The notes: generated by a model not told the origin, from the sequence alone. A DNA stretch of 64,000 bases from an uncultured Nitrososphaerota archaeon (GCA_963824385.1 CAWGPD010000004.1:256001-320000), one strand, 5' to 3'; counted from the stretch's first letter, positions 1 to 10,335 are shown. A program made the numbers and translations.

Positions 1-1
1 T

Positions 2-250
2 TTCAGAGACAAGGGATACATCGTAAATCCCGGAATCAAGTTTGGTTGCGATTTTGCAGTATATCAAAAAGGACCTGGAATTGACCATGCACCATATCTT
101 CTTCAAGTGTATAATTCCACAGATACCATATCTGCAACAAGTGTTGTTCTAGCTGGAAGATTAGCAACAACGGTAAGAAAACAATTCATCCTAGCAATTC
201 CAAAAGGAAATAAAGTTGATTGCTTAGCTTTGGACTGGTGGAGAGCCTAA
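2..250 (+). CDS. endA: tRNA-intron endonuclease catalytic subunit, 3' part (5'-truncated by window)
   Basis: Not in ORF track; frame 2 reads FRDKGYIVNPGIKFGCDFAVYQKGPGIDHAPY...GRLATTVRKQFILA...DWWRA*, with the Y/H/K catalytic motifs of EndA. Confidence 0.9.
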   Translation, partial: FRDKGYIVNPGIKFGCDFAVYQKGPGIDHAPYLLQVYNSTDTISATSVVLAGRLATTVRKQFILAIPKGNKVDCLALDWWRA

Positions 251-631
251 CTCTCTTTTAATGTGAGAAGCAATACGATCATACACTGCAAACAATTCTT
301 TAGTTATTCCAAAAGTATAGCTATCTTTCCACTTGCCATAAATTCGAACACTACCTTTAGTTGGCTCGACAGTGATGTGTGCGTCTTCATAAGATAATCT
401 TGTCATCATATTCTTAAGTTCAGCATCAGAATTCAAAATATCAGCAAGAGTACCACCAACCCACTGGACCCCAGTAACTCTCTTTGAAGCAAAATATCCC
501 TTGGTTTCAAGTTTTGCTCTAGCAAGAAAATCTTCTTCAAATGCATCATGATGTGTCTTTACAATAAAGTGTGCTTGAAATCTGTCTTGAGCACCCCATG
601 GCATAGGATTAAGATCTTGTGTCATTTTCAA
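224..631 (-). CDS. Hypothetical protein
   Basis: 135-aa ORF with protein-like composition; 4-nt overlap with upstream ORF. Confidence 0.6.
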   Translation of the reverse strand: MKMTQDLNPMPWGAQDRFQAHFIVKTHHDAFEEDFLARAKLETKGYFASKRVTGVQWVGGTLADILNSDAELKNMMTRLSYEDAHITVEPTKGSVRIYGKWKDSYTFGITKELFAVYDRIASHIKRELGSPPVQS

Positions 632-864
632 CCCCTTTGAATTATTTGCACTTCATCAATGTTAGAACCTTTTAGTGTGATAATACCATGATTGGTCACC
701 ATTGCTGGAGAATTTGAAAAAATTTTTGAATAATAATCCTTTTTTTCTATGTCGTCTATATCAAGTGGTTTTGCTTCGCCAGCAATACCAATTTTTTTAA
801 GAGATTCACAGTATTCTTCATTTTTATTCATCGGGTGAAACATATCAGATTCAGTATCATGCAT
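628..864 (-). CDS. Hypothetical protein (start probably ATG 864)
   Basis: ORF 628..906; stop overlaps start of next gene. Confidence 0.55.
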   Translation of the reverse strand: MHDTESDMFHPMNKNEEYCESLKKIGIAGEAKPLDIDDIEKKDYYSKIFSNSPAMVTNHGIITLKGSNIDEVQIIQRG

Positions 865-988
865 GTGTGAAATTTGGCCAGCCCACAAATAAATATGTCT
901 GTACACCTACAAAGATCTCAAGTACAGGTTTTGAGCCCAACTTACCTACAACGTCTAAATAGTCCAAAAATATTCAAGATCACATCAA

Positions 989-2778
989 ATGCTAAAATTC
1001 CAAAATAAACTCGTGGTTATTACTGGAAGTGGAACTGGAATAGGAAAGGCAATAGTCTATAAAGTTTGCAGAAAATGGTGCAAACATAGTAATTCTAGGA
1101 AGAAGAAGAGAGCCACTTGAAGATGCTGCCAAAGAATTAGAGCAAGTAATTTCAAAAGTAAATAGCGGTTCATTTGTAAAAATTTTCTCAGGTGTTGATG
1201 TAAGTGATGAGGAGGGAGTCTCAAAGATGTTTGAGGAACTCAAAAAATCACATGGTGGTGTAGATATAGTAGTCAACAATGCAGGAGTTTCAGGACCAGT
1301 TACATGTTTTGCCAATTCTCCAATTTCTGAATTTAAGAGTACAGTAGGGATCCATCTAACTGGAACATTTTGGACATCATCTCAGGCAATAAAAACAATG
1401 AAGCCTGGCTCAAAAATAGTAACAATATCCACATTCTTTACTGAAGAGAGACCATATGAACAACGACCGTATAGATTCAGAAGTCCATATACTGCATCTC
1501 AGGGAGCAAAGAATAGACTTGCGGAAGCAATGTCATGGGAGTTGACTGACAAGGGAATCATATCAATAGCTACAAATCCAGGACCAGTGCATTCTGATAG
1601 GATTTACAAAACAGTATATCCAAAAGCGGCTGCAGAATTTATGAGAGTAAGTGGTTTTGAAAACATCACTCCAGAAGAAGTGGAGATAGTCAATGGCGAA
1701 ATACTTCCGTTGCTTGGAGAAGATGAAAAAATAGTAAGAGAAGGAATTAGTAAAGCTGCAACAAAGCTTGCAAAATTAAAATCAGTCAGTTCCGAATCAG
1801 ACATACAAAATTTAGAAAAAACAATTTCTGCATTATTATCTAAAATCCAACAGATTGCAGAAAAGATTCAAAATAATACTAGCAAAATGATTGCAGATGA
1901 ACAGTTCCTAACACAACCACAAGTAGCTGAAACTGTTTTGATGCTAAGTGATGATAAAATAGCTCAGAATCCTAAATGGCAAAGTCATACCCGGAGATTG
2001 TGTATTTTACCCAGTAAAGCCACACATAGCATGCTCCATTCCAGAGACTCAACCAAACTTTAATGCAAAAGTTGTTGTATTTGCAGTGGACGCTACAGAT
2101 GAATCAGATGTAGTAAGAACTGAATTCCTAGCTCAAAAAGTTGAAAATAGTGGAGGAAAGACAGTAATTCTAATCTCAAAAACAAGTCCCAAGATTGCAG
2201 AAGAACGATTATCAAAATTCCATTCTCATGTAATGGATTTGTCAAATCAAGAAAGTGTGAAGAGGATGTTAAACACAGCAACTCAGAAAATAGGGCCAAT
2301 AAGTAATATAATTTACATAACTGGAAAGGTTCCTCAAGTAGGCAAGTTTGTGGATTTATCTAGAAAGGAATGGGATGGACTAGTTGACAAATTCATAAAC
2401 ACCCCTGCTATCTTTTTGCAAGAATCTCTAAACATATTTGTTCCAGGAGGGGCAAAGAACCCACCACTTTTCAAGAACAAGGAAGGAACCATGATAGTCA
2501 TAGGACCAGACATGCCATCAGGAGGCAAAGTTACAGGAGGAGATAGAGCTAGAATAGAAGTATTCAGAGGTGCCCTCAGACCATTTTCCACCACAGTAAA
2601 CCAAGAACTAAGTGATGTTCTAAAATCAAAACTTAGGATTTACTTGGTGCTACCTGGAAGCGTAGATGGTACCGAGTCAAACAATGAAAACATCATCAAG
2701 GCAGTAAATTATCTCACTTCTGGAAAGTCAATCAATAATGCCGAGATAATTTACTATCCGGACGAAACAAGAACCTGA
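989..2778 (+). CDS. Large tandem-domain SDR oxidoreductase (~595 aa), malonyl-CoA reductase C-terminal-half-like; two +1 frameshifts (~1056, ~1968)
   Basis: ATG 989 gives MLKFQNKLVVITGSGTGIGKAI; after the shift KFAENGANIVILGRR...VDIVVNNAGVSGP...RSPYTASQGAK...NPGPVHSDR; after the second shift ILNGKVIPGD joins ORF 2086..2778 (degenerate SDR domain). Span 1790 nt = 596 codons + 2. Confidence 0.85.
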
Positions 2779-3239
2779 TGAAAAAATTCATCCAATTAAA
2801 CGTCGGTGACGAGTTTCATTCAGAATGTAAAATAACTTCGTCAGATCTTGATAGTTATCTTTCATTTTCAGGAATTAAAAACATAATTTATGAAGATAAA
2901 GAATTTACAAATGGGAAACGAATGGTTTCGGGAAGAGCCATTTTATCAAAGATAGAAGGAGAATTTACAAAATTAGAAGAGATGTATGGAAATCTTTTGA
3001 TTTTCTATGGAATAGACGGAGATCCTAGTTGGAATAACAGACAGACTAGATTTCTAAAGCCCCTTTTTACAGACGAGAAATTAAAGATAAAATTTAAGAT
3101 TTCGGAGAAGAGAGAACTCAATGAGGAATTTGGATTAATAGGAATAGATTTCGAAGGGGCAAATGAGGATGGAAAGACAGTTGTAATTTCAAAGAAAAAT
3201 CTCTACCAGATTAAGAAGGATGCCCCAGTCCATCAATAA
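2778..3239 (+). CDS. MaoC/hot-dog fold protein (degenerate hydratase motif)
   Basis: LNVGDEF..ITSSDLDSYLSFSG..N, RFLKPLFTDEKL; TGATG overlap with the SDR gene. Confidence 0.7.
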   Translation: MKKFIQLNVGDEFHSECKITSSDLDSYLSFSGIKNIIYEDKEFTNGKRMVSGRAILSKIEGEFTKLEEMYGNLLIFYGIDGDPSWNNRQTRFLKPLFTDEKLKIKFKISEKRELNEEFGLIGIDFEGANEDGKTVVISKKNLYQIKKDAPVHQ

Positions 3240-3969
3240 TTAGTTTAATTGCAGCAGCCCCAATCACTATAGTTACAAACAGTCTAAGTTTTGTCTCATT
3301 GACGCGTGTAGACAGTTTACTTCCAATCATGCCGCCTATGAAAGATCCTATTGAAAGCATTCCTGCCTCATAGTAATTTGGATGACCTAATAGGGAATGC
3401 ACTATCATGCCAGAGGCAGATGCAAACATTAGGATAAACTGGGAGGTGGGAGCAGCAAGTTTCATTGACAGTCCTATTGCAATTATCATCAAAGGAACAA
3501 AAACAACACCGCCCCCAATTCCAAACAGACTAGAAATTATACCTGCAAAGAAACTTGCACCTACTGCAAGAAGCATAATTTGTTTAGATAAATTATATTC
3601 TCTTGATTCCATTTTTCTTCGCATGTAAATGTAAACACAAGACGCTACAAGAACAAGCCCAAACAACAATTTGAATATGGCAGGAGAGACTTGATCTGAG
3701 ATATATGCGCCCATAATTGTTCCAGGTATTGAGATAAGCGCAAGTTTGATGCCAAGTGAGTAGACAATTCTTTTTTGCCTAGAATACGATACGGTAGAGG
3801 CTACAGAATTGGCAAAAGCTGCAAATAGACTATCACTTGCTGCAAGAGTTGGAGAAAATCCAAAAAATGTCAACACGGGTACTACAATGAATCCGCCTCC
3901 CAGTCCTATCATAGAACCTACAATACCAGCTACAAACCCAAGTGGCAGGAGCCACAAATATTCAAACAA
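3211..3969 (-). CDS. TauE/SafE (TSUP) family sulfite exporter/permease
   Basis: Duplicated GxGGGxxxVP motifs, about 8 TM segments. Confidence 0.9.
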   Translation of the reverse strand: MFEYLWLLPLGFVAGIVGSMIGLGGGFIVVPVLTFFGFSPTLAASDSLFAAFANSVASTVSYSRQKRIVYSLGIKLALISIPGTIMGAYISDQVSPAIFKLLFGLVLVASCVYIYMRRKMESREYNLSKQIMLLAVGASFFAGIISSLFGIGGGVVFVPLMIIAIGLSMKLAAPTSQFILMFASASGMIVHSLLGHPNYYEAGMLSIGSFIGGMIGSKLSTRVNETKLRLFVTIVIGAAAIKLIIDGLGHPS

Positions 3970-4042
3970 CTATAACACCAAAAGATATTTTCCACAGATT
4001 AAAGAGTCACGTCAACCTTCGTAAACCAAGATATGGAGTTAA

Positions 4043-4702
4043 TTACTTGGCTACGAGAAGTTTCCAAAGATAGCCGTTTTCATTTGTAGTAAGTTCAATC
4101 TTGAAATGCTTGTTTCCCAATGCAAGTGTAGGTGTACTAGTAGTAGGGTCTTTAGTACTCAGATGATCATCCCGTAATTTGTCCAATAGTGAATTTAAGG
4201 AAGTATATCCACTAGTGGAATTATTTTCCCAGCATGAACATATGGTACTGTTGAGAGTAACTCCAAAAACAGTTTTTACATCGTCATAATTGCTCAGCAT
4301 CGGATTTGACTGCAGCGCCACCACCACAATTCCAGGTACATCCTGTGAGCCCAACATGGTGATATCCCCAAGAAATCCCTGATTATCTTTGAGTTCTGTA
4401 GAAGTGCAATATGTTACTAGAGCCTGCTTTGTTGGATCAGTAAGAAAATTGCAATATTGGCGAACGTCGGCATCACTACTCAGTCGAATTGGTTTTGTCA
4501 TGTTAATATGATATGTTGCCAAAGTAGATCTGAGATCAGAGTTCTCTTCATCATATGAAAAATCAAGAAATGCAACTTGGCCAGGTTGCTGAGTATTTTG
4601 AACTGGTGGTGGAGGAACAGCGAATTGAGTAATTATAATTATAACAGCGACAACTATTGCCGCGCCAGATATTCCCAAATAAACATATTTTTTAGACTTC
4701 AC
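4043..4702 (-). CDS. Membrane-anchored hypothetical protein
   Basis: N-terminal TM helix, Pro/Gln linker, Cys-containing soluble domain. Confidence 0.65.
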   Translation of the reverse strand: MKSKKYVYLGISGAAIVVAVIIIITQFAVPPPPVQNTQQPGQVAFLDFSYDEENSDLRSTLATYHINMTKPIRLSSDADVRQYCNFLTDPTKQALVTYCTSTELKDNQGFLGDITMLGSQDVPGIVVVALQSNPMLSNYDDVKTVFGVTLNSTICSCWENNSTSGYTSLNSLLDKLRDDHLSTKDPTTSTPTLALGNKHFKIELTTNENGYLWKLLVAK

Positions 4703-4776
4703 AAGTTAATTTCCATATAATGCTTTAATAAAGTAATCTTAGAATTCGTCAATCTTAATTAATACCAAAAGGTGTC

Positions 4777-5805
4777 TTGTGGATATTGCGAATAATATTA
4801 TCAGGTTTTGGAGTTGTCGGACAAAGTTTTGCAAAATTATTACTTTCTAGATCAGAGGATCTATATGCAAAACACGGATTAAAGCCAAGAATAGTAGGAG
4901 TATTTGATTCAAAAGGTTCAGCTGCGTCTTCTGCAGGTCTTGATTTAAACAGATTGTTAGAGGTAAAGAAAAAATATGGAAATATAAGAAAATATCATAA
5001 CAAGGAAAAAGATGCAAACGGTTTAGACATGATAAATGGAATGGATGCTGAAGTATTAATTGAAACCACTCCGAGCAACTACAAGGATGCAGAGCCTGGC
5101 ATGTCACACATTGTTAACGCAATGAAAAAAGGGTTACATGTAATTACAGTAAACAAGGGGCCGCTGGCTCTGGCATTTCCCTCATTGATTGAATTGGCAA
5201 CATACAATCAAGTCCAGTTAAAATTTAGCGGAACTGTGGGAGGAGGTACACCGATTTTAGACTATGCAAAGAATAGTTTACGCGGAGAACGCATAGTGTC
5301 ATTTCAAGGAATTCTAAATGGTACCACCAACTACATACTGACAAACATGGCAACAGGATTAACGTTCAAGGCAGCACTTGCAGATGCAAAGAAGAAAGGG
5401 TATGTAGAGGCAGACGAGTCACTTGACATAGATGGTTTTGATGCTGCTGCAAAACTTGTCATACTTGCAAATTGGATCATGGACATGAAAGTAACCATAA
5501 AAGACATCAAAAGAATAGGAATTAGAGATGTTACTACATCAGATATTAAAAAGGCAGCATCCAATAATTGTGCGGTAAAATTGATTGCATCGTGTGATAG
5601 AGAGTTAGTCGTATCGCCAAAGGAAATACCTCTTGATGATCCAATGTGTGTCAACGGTACACTAAATGCCATCACGTTTAATTCTGAGCACTCGGGTCAG
5701 CAGACAATAATTGGACGCGGTGCCGGAGGCATAGAAACAGCCAGTTCTATTTTACGTGATTTGTTAGATATCAAACAGGAGATGTCAAGAATTGAAATCG
5801 CATAA
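4777..5805 (+). CDS. hom: Homoserine dehydrogenase
   Basis: GFGVVG, TVNKGP, GTVGGGTP, GILNGTTNYIL, DIDGFDAAAK, GRGAGG motifs. Confidence 0.95.
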   Translation: MWILRIILSGFGVVGQSFAKLLLSRSEDLYAKHGLKPRIVGVFDSKGSAASSAGLDLNRLLEVKKKYGNIRKYHNKEKDANGLDMINGMDAEVLIETTPSNYKDAEPGMSHIVNAMKKGLHVITVNKGPLALAFPSLIELATYNQVQLKFSGTVGGGTPILDYAKNSLRGERIVSFQGILNGTTNYILTNMATGLTFKAALADAKKKGYVEADESLDIDGFDAAAKLVILANWIMDMKVTIKDIKRIGIRDVTTSDIKKAASNNCAVKLIASCDRELVVSPKEIPLDDPMCVNGTLNAITFNSEHSGQQTIIGRGAGGIETASSILRDLLDIKQEMSRIEIA

Positions 5806-6268
5806 CATATCCAAAAGCGATATTTCTGAAGTCATGGACAAGATGACTAAACAGTGGCATATCGAGTTACCAAAAGCAAAGACATTGGTATTGCATGAAC
5901 TTGATGACAGTACCAGCTTGATAACCGGAGATAGTATTATGGCAATACGGATAGGAGAAACCTACCTTCCATTTCTTTCAGAGACTGGACTTTTAGAAAA
6001 ATTTCCAAAAGCTGTAGTTGATGCAGGAGCCATAAAGTTTGTTTGCAATGGAGCCAATGTCATGCGTCCTGGAATTAAAAAATTTTCAGAATTTAAAAAA
6101 GATGACATAATTTGCGTTGTTGAAGAAGCCCATAACAAGTTTCTTGCAATTGGAAAAGCATTGGTATCAAGTGAGGAGATGTCAACTATAACAAAAGGTG
6201 AAGTTGTAAAGAACTTGCATTACATCTCTGATAAATATTGGGAATCTGCCAAACTAATTAAAAAGTAA
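5792..6268 (+). CDS. PUA-domain RNA-binding protein (DUF1947/Tma20-like)
   Basis: VVDAGAIKFVCNGANVMRPGI, KGEVVKNLHYISD. Confidence 0.9.
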   Translation: MKSHNISKSDISEVMDKMTKQWHIELPKAKTLVLHELDDSTSLITGDSIMAIRIGETYLPFLSETGLLEKFPKAVVDAGAIKFVCNGANVMRPGIKKFSEFKKDDIICVVEEAHNKFLAIGKALVSSEEMSTITKGEVVKNLHYISDKYWESAKLIKK

Positions 6269-6273
6269 ACAAA

Positions 6274-6867
6274 CTATTTTTCTGTAGTTTCTCTTGTTCC
6301 ATTCTTGTCAACTACAAGTATGTCAATCCCGTCACCGCTTGCATTGTCTCTCATTATTGCAGACTTTATGGACCTGACTGCAAGTTTTACGGCATCCTGT
6401 TCGCTCATCTTGGGTTTGAATTCTTGGTCAAGAACACCAAGTGCCATCTCTGCACCGGTTCCTACTGCTGCATAATCATCAGGTAAGACAGAACCTAGCG
6501 GATCCAATGTGTAAATTACAGATTCACCATCTACTCCCCCAACTATGACTTGGGTCAAGAGCGGATAGTACCTTCGCTCATACATTAAACTAGACATCAT
6601 CTTTGCTACAGAGTTTGGAGGAATTTCACGTTTGAGTTCCATCTTTCTTATCTTGGTCATTGCCCTCATCTGCATTGCTAAAACCTGCATGTCTGCAACC
6701 ATTCCAGCACAGCATGCCCCGACAAAGTCAGTAATCTTGAACGTCTTTTTAGTAGTCTTGCTTACAACAAAATTACCATAAGAGATTCTTCTCTCACTTG
6801 CCATAACTACGCCACCGTCATAAGTAATGCCGACTGCGGTAGCTCCTGGCATGTACATGTAAGCCAT
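6274..6867 (-). CDS. psmB: Proteasome beta subunit (probably non-catalytic type)
   Basis: GATAVGI, AGMVADMQ, DPLGS, GTG, RDNASGDG. Confidence 0.93.
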   Translation of the reverse strand: MAYMYMPGATAVGITYDGGVVMASERRISYGNFVVSKTTKKTFKITDFVGACCAGMVADMQVLAMQMRAMTKIRKMELKREIPPNSVAKMMSSLMYERRYYPLLTQVIVGGVDGESVIYTLDPLGSVLPDDYAAVGTGAEMALGVLDQEFKPKMSEQDAVKLAVRSIKSAIMRDNASGDGIDILVVDKNGTRETTEK

Positions 6868-6984
6868 GTTTGAACTTCAAAATGAGCACAATAAAGGCCT
6901 TTCTGTATTATCATGCACAGATCAATTATCTACAGGCAAAGGATCAGATAATTTCCATTTTTTAAAAATTGGATTTTATAAAAC

Positions 6985-8334
6985 CTATTGTAACGCAAAA
7001 TTTCTAATTATTTTGCACATGCATTTTGTAGTTTTCCTCAACAAGTCAATTCTTGCAAATTCATTGGGCGAGTGGATTCGTGCAAAAACATACGTGCTTC
7101 CAATTGCAATACATGGAGACTTTAGGAATTTAACAAATGAAAACATCGGACCTGTTCCTGCAGAAGAAACACTAAGTATCGAAGTTCCAAACGATTCATC
7201 TGCTGCCTTTTTAACGGTGTTAACAAAAGGATCAGAGATCTTTGTCCTAGCCGCAGCCTCTCCATGAATCAGTTTGACATCAATGTCATCAAATCCATTT
7301 TCTTTAAGATGTTTTTTCAGCCTGAGCAGTTGCTTTTGTGGTTCCATTTTAGGAATCAATCTAAAATCAATTTTTACTAATGCCTTGGAAGGTAAGACAG
7401 TCTTTGCGCCAGGTCCTTCATAACCAGATGTGAATCCTGCTATGTTACAGGTTGGATCTCCTACCAGTGCTTTTTTTATTTCTAAACCTTTTTTGTTTCC
7501 GACAAATTTTTTAATGCCATATTCTTTTTTGAATGAGTTTTCATCAAACGGTTCAGAGTTTATAATCAAAAGATCTTCTTTTGTAAATTTGTCTACCTCT
7601 TTGTACCAATCTTTTATCAGTATCGTACCATTCATATCGCGAAGTGTCTTTAATGCCTCAACTAGTCTCCAAGCAGGGTTTTCAATAATTACTGCAAGAC
7701 TGGAATGAGCATCTCGTATTGATTCTTTTTTAGACAATTCCACATAGAGAAGACCCTTCATTCCAAGACTGATTATCGGCCTATTTTTTTCATCCACATA
7801 GCCAAATTCCCAGATAACTGCATCACATGATAGTTTCTTTTCATATTTTTTCAAATAGTCTTCAATGTGTACGCTTCCAATCTCTTCTTCTCCTTCGATG
7901 AAAAATTTAATGTTGCAAGGAACGTCACCGGTTGTGTTTAGAAATGCTTCTACTGCCTTTATTCGAGTAATTAATTCACCCTTGTCATCAGCAGAACCTC
8001 TCCCAAAAATTTTGTTTCCTTTAATTTTTCCGCTAAACGGTTTATCATCCCATAGTTCAAGAGGCTCTTCTGGCTGTACGTCATAATGGTTGTAGAAAAG
8101 TAGTGTCTTTCCAGGATTTTGTTTTGATTTGACTTCACCATATATTGCAGGGGGAATTCCTGTTTTGATACGAAGCAGTTCTGCACGAATGCCAGACTTT
8201 TTCATCATTTGAACAACCAATCCAGCACACTCTTCAAGCCCCAGATTTTTTGCTGAAACACTGGGCTGTTGTATTAGTTTTTGTAGATCAGAAACTAGAC
8301 TTGAAAAATTCTTGTCAACATATGTTTCTTGCAT
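6985..8334 (-). CDS. M20/M25/M40 family metallo-hydrolase (ArgE/DapE-like)
   Basis: YNHYDVQP, GRGSADDKG, EGEEEIGS, IHSPNE. Confidence 0.92.
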   Translation of the reverse strand: MQETYVDKNFSSLVSDLQKLIQQPSVSAKNLGLEECAGLVVQMMKKSGIRAELLRIKTGIPPAIYGEVKSKQNPGKTLLFYNHYDVQPEEPLELWDDKPFSGKIKGNKIFGRGSADDKGELITRIKAVEAFLNTTGDVPCNIKFFIEGEEEIGSVHIEDYLKKYEKKLSCDAVIWEFGYVDEKNRPIISLGMKGLLYVELSKKESIRDAHSSLAVIIENPAWRLVEALKTLRDMNGTILIKDWYKEVDKFTKEDLLIINSEPFDENSFKKEYGIKKFVGNKKGLEIKKALVGDPTCNIAGFTSGYEGPGAKTVLPSKALVKIDFRLIPKMEPQKQLLRLKKHLKENGFDDIDVKLIHGEAAARTKISDPFVNTVKKAADESFGTSILSVSSAGTGPMFSFVKFLKSPCIAIGSTYVFARIHSPNEFARIDLLRKTTKCMCKIIRNFALQ

Positions 8335-8337
8335 AAA

Positions 8338-9198
8338 TTATTTCACTTTATCAAATGCTTTCATTGCAAATGGTATAAAATCCAATAGATCTGTAGCCAC
8401 AATATGCAAACCATATTTTTTTTGTGCCATATATCCAGCCTTTCCATTGACAAATACGGCTGCAGAAGAGGCTTGTACAGGATTTTTATTTTTTGAAAGC
8501 ATTGCCGCTACAACGCCAGACAGTACATCTCCTGTTCCTCCCACAGTCATGGCCGCAATATTTTTTGGATTCAAATATGTTTGAGTTCCATCAGAGACGA
8601 TATCTGTCGGACCTTTTAGCAATATGGTTACACCGTTATCTTTTGCATACTTTTCAACCATGATAGTTCTCTGTTTTACATTATCTGGAGGCATCTCCCC
8701 AAAGAGTCTCCTAAACTCTCCGGCATGAGGCGTTACTACCACCTTTTTGTCTTGAATATCTGGAAGAATTTCAGGCACTAGACAACTTGCGTCAAGTGAG
8801 AGCATAACTGCCCTATCTAAAAGTGAACGAATCAGAATTTTTATTGCTTCGCGGTCTTGAATTCCAAGACCCATCCCCATTGTGGCAGAATCTAGTTCTT
8901 TTGGTATGATTCCAAGTAATTTCTGGACTGAGCCTCTAGTAAGTTTGACATCGACTAATGGTACAACAATAAGATTTGGAGAAAAAGCACGAGTTGACAT
9001 TACATTAATTTTTGGAACACATGTGTATACCAGATCAGTTCCTGCCCGTAATGCTGCAATAGATGACAGAATTGGAGCCCCATGGTATAGATAATTTCCG
9101 CCAAGAACTAGAACTTTACCGTTATCGCCTTTTCTTGACAGAGTCTTTCGAGTAGGTATAAAGCTCTTAACAATTAAGGGCTGTAGAATCTTTGCCAA
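8338..9198 (-). CDS. nnrD: ADP-dependent NAD(P)H-hydrate dehydratase (YjeF-C)
   Basis: KGDNGKVLVLGG..YHGAP, TPHAGEF, LLKG, GGTGDVLSG. Confidence 0.92.
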   Translation of the reverse strand: MAKILQPLIVKSFIPTRKTLSRKGDNGKVLVLGGNYLYHGAPILSSIAALRAGTDLVYTCVPKINVMSTRAFSPNLIVVPLVDVKLTRGSVQKLLGIIPKELDSATMGMGLGIQDREAIKILIRSLLDRAVMLSLDASCLVPEILPDIQDKKVVVTPHAGEFRRLFGEMPPDNVKQRTIMVEKYAKDNGVTILLKGPTDIVSDGTQTYLNPKNIAAMTVGGTGDVLSGVVAAMLSKNKNPVQASSAAVFVNGKAGYMAQKKYGLHIVATDLLDFIPFAMKAFDKVK

Positions 9199-9206
9199 CA
9201 GTCGTT

Positions 9207-10085
9207 TTATTTTTTAAGAGATGATAAACTTTCGTCTTCAGAAGATTCAAGTTCTTCAGTCTCAATTTCTGGCTGTTCAACAGGTGCTAATATCTTGCGA
9301 AAGCTTGCAGGAGTGATAACCTTTCTTGCAAATGCAACATATGTGGTATGACCTATTGCTCTAAACGAGTGTCTTGTCTTACCATCTCTTGCTTCTATAG
9401 TTCGAACAATTTGTTCTGTACATTCAATATCAAAGAAATCATTTTGTCGTAACGCTGCAGCCAGTTTCTCCAGCTGATTCATGGTAGGACATATTGAAAC
9501 AAATGCACCGCTGCCCTTTAGCATCTTTCTTGCCTGTGGAACAACCACCCATGGATCTCCAAGATCAACTATAACTACATCAGCGTCTTTTTGAGGCATT
9601 TTTTTGGCAGTTTTTATGTCCAGTTTTGTCATTGTCACATACTTTGATACCCCCGCCTTTTCGATATTTTTTCTGGCAATTGCCATAAAATTTTCATCCA
9701 CATCATATGTGTAAACATGACCTTTTGGTTTTACAATACTTGCAAGAAATGTTGTAAAGGAGCCGCTTCCAGTACCAATCTCCACTATCTTTTGACCGCT
9801 TTGCAGTCCAATTCTTGCTGCGATAAATCCAAGATCCTTTGGATAAACAATCTGTGTACTGCGCTGACTTTTCATTACATAGTCATAGATGGTAGGTTCT
9901 AGAGCAAAAATTATCTTGCCTTTATTTGTCTTGATAGCTGTGCCAAACGGTTTTCCTATCACTTTTTTATGATTTATAATTCCTACATGGGTATGAAATT
10001 TTTGTTTTGGTGCAACTCTCATCAACCATTTTTTTGAATCATTATAAAAAAACAACACATTGTCGTTTTGTTTTATTTTCCTCAT
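9207..10085 (-). CDS. trmI: tRNA (adenine-N1)-methyltransferase
   Basis: TQIVYPKD, EIGTGSG, DLGDPW, GHTTY. Confidence 0.92.
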   Translation of the reverse strand: MRKIKQNDNVLFFYNDSKKWLMRVAPKQKFHTHVGIINHKKVIGKPFGTAIKTNKGKIIFALEPTIYDYVMKSQRSTQIVYPKDLGFIAARIGLQSGQKIVEIGTGSGSFTTFLASIVKPKGHVYTYDVDENFMAIARKNIEKAGVSKYVTMTKLDIKTAKKMPQKDADVVIVDLGDPWVVVPQARKMLKGSGAFVSICPTMNQLEKLAAALRQNDFFDIECTEQIVRTIEARDGKTRHSFRAIGHTTYVAFARKVITPASFRKILAPVEQPEIETEELESSEDESLSSLKK

Positions 10086-10139
10086 AACTTGACCTAATCA
10101 AATGTGGATAAATAGCTTCACTCTAGAAATTATTTCAAG

Positions 10140-10325
10140 TTATTTTGTAAGTTCTTGGTTATCTTTTGGTTTTCTTTTTAACAATCTACCAGATACAACT
10201 GATGCTATCCAAAATGACACCCCAGTCCATACCATACTCTGAGATACGGAAAACATTCCTACAACTGTAAACACCAGACCTATCGCTGCAAAGATTACAG
10301 GTATTACCGCCTTGGGTGAAACCAA
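10140..10325 (-). CDS. Small two-TM membrane protein
   Basis: 61 aa, two hydrophobic helices and basic tail; co-oriented directly after argS. Confidence 0.6.
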   Translation of the reverse strand: MVSPKAVIPVIFAAIGLVFTVVGMFSVSQSMVWTGVSFWIASVVSGRLLKRKPKDNQELTK

Positions 10326-10335
10326 CTATTTCATC

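Noticed and set aside
224..906. Two adjacent hypothetical ORFs as one frameshifted gene
   Set aside because: Junction is an ordinary 4-nt stop/start overlap without an AGCT/GATC signature; cannot be decided without homologs
6866..9902. Numerous antisense ORFs opposite core genes (also elsewhere in the window)
   Set aside because: Shadow ORFs of well-supported genes with no independent motifs
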